DNA from: Curvularia clavata
Taxonomy: Eukaryota
Direction of reading: 5' to 3'
Length of the DNA: 64,000 nt
Assembly (NCBI GenBank): GCA_023920165.1
Contig: CP089275.1
Coordinates: 3,844,001 to 3,908,000, forward strand
How positions within the stretch are numbered: position 1 is the stretch's first letter; every line of letters begins with the position of its first letter. A program made the position numbers and the translations under genes. The notes beneath the pieces were generated by a model. The model saw only the letters and a list, made by a program, of their open reading frames with translations. It made no database searches and was not told where the DNA came from. This document shows positions 26,116 through 36,308 of the stretch, piece by piece.

Positions 26116-27183
26116 ATGTTATTTGAAGACCTCGCCACGGAGCTCGTGGTGCAGGTATTCTTATCCTGTGGCTCAGTCACCGACGTGACAGCCCTATCAT
26201 CCACCTGCAAGCGCTTCCGCAGCATCTTTTCTTCATCTCAGAAACTTTCCATCCTCGAGAGCGCAGCCGAAACGCAATTTGGACCACTCCACGATCTCAC
26301 CCAACTCCTCACCCACAACGCTAGTCAGCCAGTACACATCATTCGCTCAGTCCCCTTCTCATTCGCCTTGCTCAAACAAATCGTAAACTACGGCCGAGTC
26401 GCAGAAAAATGGTGCGAGATATACCCGTTCAAGAAGTGGAAACACAACTTCGAGAGCCGCCGCCTATTGACAGCCCACGAGCGGTATAATGTACGACGGG
26501 CAATCTACCGCATCTGGCTCTACTCGCGTGCCTTTCACAACCGCGACCATCCGCGCGAGCTCCGCGCTACGCGCCTTGTGCTCTTGAAGCGCGCTGCTCT
26601 CCTACACAACTACAGCACGTGGGAACTCGCCGAGATGGCCGACGTCCACAGCGTGATGCGCGAAGTCGTACAAAGCAACATCTGTCCTTCCAACGGCACC
26701 ATAGCCCGAAAATTCAAGAAGAGACACCCGGGAAACGAGCACCATCTTCTCTTCAACATCCACCTCAACTATCCGCCCACAGCACCCCAAGCTTTCAACC
26801 CTTTTGCCCCAAGCCCCCTCTCTGCCCACTTCAACAACACAAATACCTACACCTCTCGCTACGCTGCGTCAAAGTACTCCCTGCACCCTTCACACGAGGT
26901 AGGCGCGGAGGGCTGGGGCGACGATATCCCCCACTACTACATTGTAGAAGACTATCTCAAGCTTGATCCCGCGCAGATACTGCATCTCAAGGAGAATGCG
27001 CCGCTCAAGGGCATGGTTGAGGCATATGTCAAGAGTTTGTGTCCCGATTACGATTGGTTCTCGAATAATGGCGAGACGTGGATCCAGACATTGGAGTTTG
27101 TGCTAGATGAGCGGGGGGAGGATGTGGGAGAGTTTATGGGCGCCATTGTGGATGGGGAGTTGGGGGTTGCGGTGGAGAGTTAG
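26116..27183 (+). CDS. F-box domain protein
   Basis: MLFEDLATELVVQVFLSC..VTALSSTCKRFRSIF is an F-box-like pattern. Intact ORF with C-ending codon bias. Confidence 0.75.
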   Translation: MLFEDLATELVVQVFLSCGSVTDVTALSSTCKRFRSIFSSSQKLSILESAAETQFGPLHDLTQLLTHNASQPVHIIRSVPFSFALLKQIVNYGRVAEKWCEIYPFKKWKHNFESRRLLTAHERYNVRRAIYRIWLYSRAFHNRDHPRELRATRLVLLKRAALLHNYSTWELAEMADVHSVMREVVQSNICPSNGTIARKFKKRHPGNEHHLLFNIHLNYPPTAPQAFNPFAPSPLSAHFNNTNTYTSRYAASKYSLHPSHEVGAEGWGDDIPHYYIVEDYLKLDPAQILHLKENAPLKGMVEAYVKSLCPDYDWFSNNGETWIQTLEFVLDERGEDVGEFMGAIVDGELGVAVES

Positions 27184-27568
27184 ATGGGGGTGAAGAGACG
27201 GAGTGTTGTGAACGGTTGCTGACGTTGATGTTTCTAGTAAAGGAATATTGTATAGAGTATCAATAAGAGCTTGACTGTCAGTGACTAATCATGTTATCAC
27301 AAGCGATTCCCTCTTCCTTTGGTCCGTGAACGGATCCTGTCTTTCCAATTCCCCTAATCTTCCATCTGCATTTTCAAAAGCCCACCGAGTCCCTCATCAT
27401 CTAAATCTCAATCAGAAACCCCTTCATTCCATTCAAGAACCCTGCAACTAGTCAAATAACCGAAAAGCGCTCACGAAGCTAGCGCCATATCCCCTTCATA
27501 TCCTTGTCGTTCCAAGTACTCTTCCTACTACTAGAGAGAGGAGGAGCCAGAGGCTCTATCTCCAACGC

Positions 27569-30500
27569 TTACGCATCAATAACCCACGTCTCGCCATCCA
27601 ACGTTCTATGCACCCTGCCTTTTTCCTCAAGGACTAAAAGGTGCGCAAGCAGTGTCTCAGTATCTGTGTTCAGCTCTACCGCCATATCGTTGATGTTCTG
27701 CCCAATGTAGGATGTCGGGCGCGAGCGGAGATCGTTTGTGAGGTGGGCAATGATTCTGATGTCGAGGTCGTCGAGGCTGTCTCCTCTTCCTTTCTTCTCA
27801 TTCTTGCCCAAGTTCGAGGAACTGCTGGAAAAAATGCCAGACCTGGGTGCAGAGGGTAAATCTTCTCGCTTGTCACTAACGTTTTGCCGGTTTCGGTCGT
27901 CCTTGGGATCCGAGTACACGTCTGGCATACGTCCTGCTGCTGTAGCTGCTGTGGCTCCTGCTGCTGCAACTCCTGCCGCCACTCCTGGTGCTGCCACCCT
28001 CGGTTTGGCCCTGCTTCCTGCTAACAATCTCCGAATACGGTCTCTTATTCCTCCTCCTGAGAATGGACCCGGGTCTCCCCCTTGTCGATCCGCTTCCCCT
28101 TCTTTGTTCTCCTCTGGGTTTTGGAACTTAGATACACTACGCAAACGCCTGGATTTGAAGAGTGAATTTTCACTGTCCGAGTCTTGAGAGATCCTGGGAA
28201 TGCTGGGCTCAATTGTGGGGAGTACACTTGCTCGGCTATCGAATACACCAGAAGAAGAGCCAGGGCCGAGTGCGGAGGTTGAGCTTTCTGGCTCATCTCT
28301 GACATTGTACCGATTTTGATTGTCCCTTAAATCAGTGTCCGAAACTGACCGCGCTACATCCACTGCTGAGGATGAAGCTATGTCTCCTCGTCGCACAGCC
28401 TCTTGTGTTTCCATGAACTGAAGGTCGCTCTCGCTTATGAATCGTGGCCTTGTTTCCCCATATTCACATGTTTTCTGTCTAGTGTATTAGTACTTATAGA
28501 AAATATTTATAGGTATGACGTCTGTGAGGGTAAAGGACTACTAACTTGTTTCCCCAAAGCCATGCAACGGCCGCAAGGATGCTGGAAGTCACAACGGAGA
28601 TATGCCTTCTTGCAGTTGATACATGCCAAGCCTTTTGTCTTTCTAGCTGGATTAGCTGGCTCAGCTCCTTGGTCACTGTTCGGAAAAGCAGTTTCGCGGC
28701 CTCCGCTGATGACCAGATCAGCCATGCCATTCTCAGCTGGGATCATTCGCAGGGTGCGGCCCTCCATGTCGCCGTTGAACTGCAAGCTGAGTGGGGCGTT
28801 GGCATCAATGCGGAGGCGAATCTCGTTGTTCTTGTTGGTAATGGCGGTGCGATTGCTTCGGCTCCGTTCGCTGCCAGAGGAGCTGGAGTCGGAAGGCAAA
28901 AAAATAGTTCGTGAATACCGGGCGGCGTTGTGAGTAGGGTCGTTCAGTGGCTCACGAGCACCACGTCGAGCACTGATGTACTCTCCAGCTTCGTTTTCGA
29001 TGCGCTTAGTCTTGCGCTCGAGCATGCGCTCCTTGCCTTTGCCATCGCCAGCGTCAGTGGGACGGCGGCGGCGGGCCTGAGATGGAGGAGGCACTGATGC
29101 ATCTGGAAGAAATTGCTCATCAAATTGCATTGCTTTGGAGTAGGTAGGGGTGCCAGGCATGCTGGAGGGAGATCGCCTGGACGGAGGACGGAAAGCGGGC
29201 TTGACAAGCTCACCAGCATTCTTTCGCAGTAGCGGCGGTTTTACCCGCAGCTCATCGTCCTCAATATCGCTGCCGTCCTCCTCTTTTTCATCCCCTTTTT
29301 CATTCTCTTTATCTTTGTCTCTATCCTTCTGTTCTTGAACAGCTTGCGTGATGGCTTGAGCCAAAGCCTGGCACATTGCATCTTCGTCACTTTGTCCACC
29401 GAACCGAATATGCACCGTAGCTTTATCTCCTGGCGGTGAATTATCTCTCTGCACCTCTGAAATTGTCAAATCATAGAAACCTGTTCCGTAGTACCATTTG
29501 GTGTCAGCCTTTATACCAAATGACATCAATGGGAGACTCTCGAGATGGTAGGAATCTCTGGAGAAGGTGAATGAGTCTCTGAATACTCTGATAATGCATA
29601 AGTCTTCACAAATGGGCTGCGGCGTTGTTTGATCGAATTCTGTGACGAAAACTCTGGCAGTTGCCGTAGCCAAGGGCTCTTCCTCTGACATTCTTTGAGA
29701 CGTTTGCTCTAGGAGACTGGATTGAGAACCGCTGGGGCCAGATGTCGGCTTGGATAGCAAGGTCTCTGCTCTCTTGAAAGACTGGCCCTCTAACCGGTTT
29801 GCAGGAGCTCCCTCGGGTGGTGGAAAATATACAGGCAAAAGTCTTCTGTAGATGGACTCATTGTTGGATGAGTAAACGGTGAAGACAATCTTCTCCAGAC
29901 CACCAGGCTCTTTGGATTGTAGAAACCGCCTGATTTCTTCCATGGCAAGTGCTGCACAATCGCGGGGCGGACCCATCCCAATACAGGGAATAGCAACTGA
30001 CTTGGCGTTCAAGTATGTAGCTTTCAACAGGATTTCGCGGTATATGTTGCGCAGTACGGTCTTGGTATCGCTTCGAAATACCCCGGGCGGGATGACATGC
30101 AAGATATGCTTGGCTGGTAAAAGGTACCCTGCAGTTGTTACCACATCACCCATCTTGCACTCACCAATCCTTTCGAGTTTTGATTGCAGTTCCGGACCAC
30201 CTTTCCTGAAGATGGTACGATCCAAAGTTCCCATACCGAGAAAGGACTTGTCGGTAACATTGACGATGACGTCGACCTCCAGCTTTGTAATGTCTTCTTT
30301 TATCAAGCAGACGGTATCATTGAAGCTTGCAGACGGGGGCGCCAGAGTAGATTGTGCTTCGATAGCCCCAAGCTGGTAAAACCGTGCTACAGACGGTATC
30401 TGATGTAGCTTAACTATATCTTGACGATGAGAAACAGGTGATACAGAATCTTTCAGGGATGTCTCATCATCCTGTGGATCGAATATGTCATTAGGCCTAG

Positions 30501-33500
30501 CAAGGGGAATACGCATAGGGCGGCTGCCGCAGTAGACACCTTGCATCTCCACCACAGCCTTCTGTTGGTCTTCCTTGCTGCCGAAGCGGACGAACCCATA
30601 ACCTGGCAGTTTGCTGCTGAGTGGGTCGAATATGATCTTTGCAGACTTAGTAGAGGAATACTTGTCCTTAAAAAGTTGGAAAAGGCTAGATTCGGTTACG
30701 ATAGGATCTAGGTTGTCGATGAAGAGGCTAGATCCCGGGTGATGCTGGTCACGGCTGTCTTGATTGTAAGCACTCATTGCAATGGAGTCATGGAAGAAAG
30801 TCGTGGATAGGACTTGCCTCTCGTCAGCGGGACCGCCGCTAGAAACCGGATCCAGTATAAATGGCTTGTCGCGAACACTTGGCCTATCTGCTTCGCGCAT
30901 GTAACCCTCTAGAGCTAGGGTCGCTTCGATCGTATCCGGGTCAAGCCTCTCTGAGGTCAAGGCCTGATTGAGACTGCCCATAAGAGTCCCACAATAAATC
31001 AGATATTGCCTGAGACTATAGCCGTGCGTCGCAAGCATGTCCTTGTCGGCCTCATTCCGTAATTCCTGATACGTTCTTGCAGTGTGTTCCTTTGCTATCT
31101 GGGCCATTTCTATGATGCGGCCGCATAGATCCAAGAGAACGGAGGATAGTAAGTCGAGGTTGTCCTGGTTTATTGTAAACCCTCCGGACCCATGCGATTT
31201 CTCATGCGCAGAGTCCAGTGCGGCATCGATAAGCCGGAGGATAGTAACATCTTCCTGAGCTACGGAAACATATTTAATGAGCCCACTCCCGAGTACTTTG
31301 ATTGCTTTCTGTACTTGAACCAATGCCTCCAAGATCCGAAAGCGTAGTAGGGCATGATTTGGAGACGACGTCGATAATCTTGCCTTGTCAATATCGCTGT
31401 GCGTCGGCGGAAAGAATACAGGGAAAAAGTCGGTATAAGCCTTTCGGTCTTCTGCTGCCATGGTACAAAAGACTATACGTTCCAGTCGGTTTTCTGAGCG
31501 TGCATCCAAGTAATCGCGGACTGCTTGTAGTACTGTGCGTGCAGCTTGGCGAGGGGGGAAAATGCCACCTCCGGTACCCAAGCAAGGAAATGCGATCGTT
31601 TTGACTCCAAGTTCAGCCGCCATATCCAACGCATTGCGGTAGCAATCTCCAAGAAGGTTGAATTTGATAAGACCATCTTCCCCAACAAACGTCGGTGCAG
31701 CCGCATGAATAACAAATGACGATGGGAGGGCATACCCACGAGTCCATGTGACGTTGCCTGGTTTGAGTCTGCCTCTGGACATCACTTCTTGTAAGAGAAA
31801 TGACCCCCCGGCTTTTATTATGGCATGATGTAATGTGCCCGGGGCTGGTGATTGTGTCAAGGTCAGAGGAGCATTGTTGACAATAGCATCTACCTTTAGT
31901 TTCGTCAAGTTATGGGAACAGAAAGAAATAGTACGGTTATAGACATCATTTGGCGCGTAACTCTGGTCGGTTTGTACCAGTTGCATCGAACGATACAGTG
32001 AGCTCAGTGTTGGGATATCCTTTACCTCAAAGGGTAGTGGTGTGTTCGAGATTTGGGCTAGCTCTGGATGGTATGAGCTGTCAGGGCTGTTCAGTCGCTC
32101 TGCTATTATTTCCAGTGTATTTCGACTCGTGTCGGGGAGGTGCTGTAGGTTCTCTGCGGAAAGTGCATCGCCACCGGGGCCAGCTACATCAACTGACTCG
32201 GTCTGGTCGGGCTGTAGGGTAGCTGGTAAACAATCTTTAGCTGACGTACTCTAAAACATGGTACTACTGTATCTTCATAAACTTACAATCCTGGTTCTCT
32301 GTTTGCTCATCCGCCATGCCTTCAGATACAGAACCCAGAAGAGATCTAGAGCTAGCACTACCAGGGCTTGCGATACCACTTGCTCCATCTGAATCATCTT
32401 CACTGCCATGAGGAAGAGCAAAGGTTGCGATTCGCTCCAGATGATTTGCAATATGGCTTTGCAAGTCATCTAGCTCTTCGGCATCTGCGGATGCATAGCA
32501 TATCGGGCATTTTTCTCGCATATCTACTGCGGTAGCCTCGCCAACTTTGGCAATAGTTTCCAGCTGGCTTTCCGGAAAGCTGTCGAGATGTCTTTGTCGA
32601 AGATGATTTTCCAAGCCAGACTGAGTACTGAATACAGCGTCTGGATGCTCTGGACATCTCCAAACCTTGCGGTGGCTTGCTTCATGCTCAGCCCATTCTC
32701 TGCGGCTGCGAAAGAGTAGGTGCGAGCTCTCACAGTCTTGGTATGTACAACAGTATGGCTGTAAGTCCTGTAGTAAATGTGTTCTCCAGGGTCTTCCTTT
32801 GCTGTATCTTGCGGGGCAAACAACCCAGCAGTATGGGCACTCGAAGTCTTTATCGCCGTTTGCCGTTTTGGGGGGTGGGGGAAGTTCAATACTTTTTCCA
32901 TGTACATCTCTCACCGTTACGGCATAACTTGTTACTGATTTGTTGTCTATTATATCGTCCAAGGGTTGGTGGAGCTGTGTTGCCTCTGTGCCTGAGAGCA
33001 GTGTTTTTCCAGTCTTCTGACTCGGCGCTTCTTTGAGAGTCGTGGCAACGGGCACTGTTGGATTTTTTCCCACACCATCATCATGAACCTGCGCTGCTCC
33101 ATCAACCGGAGCAGCGACCTTGACTTCCTGCACCTCATCTGCCACCTCCGCGGAGCTCAGCTTGTCACGATGTCGTTTCCAGTATTTAAAATGCCGTCGC
33201 CGAAGCGTCACCGCTGCACTCAACCTCTTGATCAAAAAATCATGCTCTTCCTGCACACTATCCCCTACATAGGGCTGACGCAGAAACGACACCAACTCCT
33301 TCACATGCTTGAGATCCTGCTCCGCATACACATCAAAGATATCGATGCCCGTCTCAGGATCTTTCTGCGTGTAAGACGATGCTTTGAGCGACCTTGAGCG
33401 GAGGCCCGGCGTCCTAATGCGCACGCTTAGCTTGTAGAGATTATCGATGATGTCGACGATCTCTCTGAAGCGCATACTCAACTCAGTTCTGGGTTCATCG

Positions 33501-33892
33501 CTGCTGTTGCTGCTGTTTTCGTCGTCCGAGTCTGCACTGAAGAAGCCATCGTCGTCGTCTTCAGTTGGCTCTGGTGGGGTTTGCTCTTCGTATGGAAGAC
33601 GAGCGCCAGATACCACTGCATGTGCTTCATTGACGTTGGTTTCAAGTTCTTGGAGCAGCTTTAGTGTGTTGGTGCTGGAGACTGGTGAATCTCGTAGCCG
33701 GTAGTCGAGTGAGCTGTGGCCTTTTTGGAGAGCACCTAGATTTCCGGCCCAGACGCGAAATCGTCCGATTTCGTCTTCGAGCGCTTCTTTTTCAATGGCA
33801 TGGGTCCACTTGCGATCACCGGTACTGAGCGCAGTGATTAAATTTTGAAATGCCCGCACATTCGAGGCCGTCGCGAGTCGTAGGGATGACAT
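27569..33892 (-). CDS. ~2062-aa mosaic protein: N-terminal helical domain, C2H2 fingers, macro, RRM, macro, PH-like?, Gac1-like segment, Zn2Cys6, RPA32C-like winged helix
   Basis: Introns 32223-32286 (GTAAGT..CCAG) and 28475-28545 (GTTAGT..CTAAT..ACAG) join ORFs 32264..33892, 28507..31986 and 27569..28414 in frame. Exons are 1606+3677+906 = 6189 nt. The second splice supplies the sixth Cys of the Zn2Cys6 motif. Confidence 0.8.
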
Positions 33893-34374
33893 GGCGAGCA
33901 GTTGGCATGTTGGGTATGTGCAAGCGGGGGAAGGAGGGGCCTAGGACTCAGACCGCGAGCGAAGGATGCTCTGCCGATACTTAGTGATTCATGCTTCTGA
34001 GAGTGTATTGTGAAGACTGATATCATGGTGATTTGTAACTTCAGCTGCGGATGCCTAGTCGGGTATAGATTTCGTGATGCTAGGGCTTTTGCAGTTTGGC
34101 GGGGGGGCTGAGCCTGAGCTGAGCCTTGTAGGCAGGCAGCTTTTCGTTCATTTATCTCAGCTACTCACCTCACAAACAGTCTGCAGACATATATGCAACT
34201 CCAATACTCTAGCACATTCAGAATTACTGACTGTGGCAACTAGAGGCGGCGGGCGTGTTTTCACGGGCACCTGCTTCGGGAGCCAGCGCAAGGCCCCCCA
34301 CTCGTTCCTTCCCCTCTGCGCGCCCATGACAAGCGCCACTGTCTCTCTTTGTATATTATGAAGACACACCAAAA

Positions 34375-36308
34375 ATGAGCGGCATAGAGATAGCTGGTCT
34401 TGTTCTTGGCTGTTTGCCGCTGATTATTCAAGGTGCGCATAGGTACAGCCATGGAAGATGCAACACCGACCTGACAGCAGCCTAGCGATCGAGAGCTACA
34501 ATGAAGGCCTTGACCCTATAAAGGGTTTCTTTGGAAGGGACAAGGAGCTGCCCGTATTTATCAGAAAATTAAGAGCCCAGTATGATCATTATGACCAGAC
34601 AATTCAGCTCCTCTTTGGATCCATTACGACAGACGCCGAGTTCGCGTTGATGATGAGCAACCCTGGATCGTCGCAGGACCTTTGGAAAAGCAAAGAGGCG
34701 GCACTTCAGGATAAGCTCCAGAATACGTACAAATCGTATCAGAGGACAATGATGGAGATTGAAAGAATAACTAAGAAGATTGCCAGCAGGCTAGATCTGG
34801 ACCGTGCAACCGAGGTAGGGACGGGATGTGGTTGGCCTGGTCGGGCTATGTTGACGTGAATCATAGGTTACCCGGGATGATCTTGAGGCACTCCTGATCG
34901 CAAACCCCAAAAAGGCCAACGACAAGTTTGAAATCAGGAAGCGCGTCCGATTTGGCATGAACAAGAAAACGATTAAAGCGCTCTTGGAAGAACTGGACGA
35001 GTGCAACAAAAGCCTCGAAAGATTTACTGAGAAGAGCGAAAAGATAGAGACATACCACCGAGCGACCAAGCCTTCGTATGCCTCACGGCTGCAGAAACTA
35101 CAGCGATATGCCAAGACACTACATGAGTCGCTGAGTGTATGCTGGTCATGTTCATGCAAGCTCTCACACCGAACAAGCCTCCAACTAGAGCCTCGAGAGC
35201 ACGTCTTTGCTACGAAAGGGCAGAAGCCAACGCCCATGCCGAAAACAAGCTTTAAGGTTGCTTTTTCGACTGCAGCGTCGGATATGGGCGGTGTATCGTG
35301 GCTCGTGCAGGCTGCAGAGATAAGCGTAGAAGAAGATGATGATGATGACTGTCTCGTTGGCATGAAATCTCTTAGCCCAAAGTAAGTGATTGATATGCAT
35401 GAGCTCCGTTTGGTGGCACAGACATATGCGTACGTGCTAGCGGTGAGTTTGATACTAACAGTGGCAGAATCACCAAAACCGTCAGCTTCGGTACCCTTCC
35501 TCCATATGCTGTGATGAATCCGATAGAGAAGCCTTTTGCTTCGCACCAAGAGGTGAAGGACTTGTGTGCATCGATTCGAGAACTACACAAGAATGCCCCA
35601 AGGATTGGCTTTTTGCTAGACAGTAAAAGCAAGTTGCGTGGCGCTTACTCGATTGATACATCGGAAACACAGGTTCCTAGCATGGAAATGGTATCCCTGG
35701 AGGATCTGCTGAAGCAGCCACCAATCATCAACGGCAGGCGCTCAAAACTGAGCATGAAGGACAGGTATAGTCTGGCTGTGACATTGGCATCTAGTGTCTT
35801 GTACTTGAACTCGACTCCATGGCTGGCTAATGAGTGGACCGCTCGCGATATCCTGTTCCATCAGACGCCGAACACTGCACAACCGATAAACATGCAGCAC
35901 CCATATCTAGCGCCGGCGGCTGTTGGGACAATGAATGGTGCACTGGGACAGTCGCCGCCAGACCACTTCAGAAACACTGTTCTGATTGCTCTTGCGGTGA
36001 CGCTCCTCGAACTCTACTTTGGAGTGACGGCTGAGAAGTATCAACAGCTGGAAGGCGGGGACGACATGGCTGAAATGTCAAAGCAACCGGGGCCGTGGAA
36101 GCTTTGGGCACTGGCACGTAGCTGGACGTTCAACGAGTCTGGAAACCTGTCTGCCGCGTTCCAGAATGCCATCCGGCATTGCATAACAGGGTCCAGCGAC
36201 CCTTGCGCGAGTTTACAAGACGCCGAGTGTCTCCAAGCTGCGGTTGAAAACATTGTTCTACCACTGCAGGAGGAGCTCGACCAGTTTCTGGGGAAGGCAA
36301 CAAAGTAA
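34375..36308 (+). CDS. HeLo/HELL-like N-terminal domain plus pseudokinase-like (DUF7580-type) C-terminal domain protein
   Basis: Starts MSGIEIAGLVLGCLPLIIQ. Introns 34433-34485, 34815-34866 and 35382-35467 join in frame. C-terminal motifs: RYSLAVTLASSVLYLNSTPWL..W..DILF, LIALAVTLLELYFG, FQNAIRHC, ENIVLPLQE. Confidence 0.78.
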
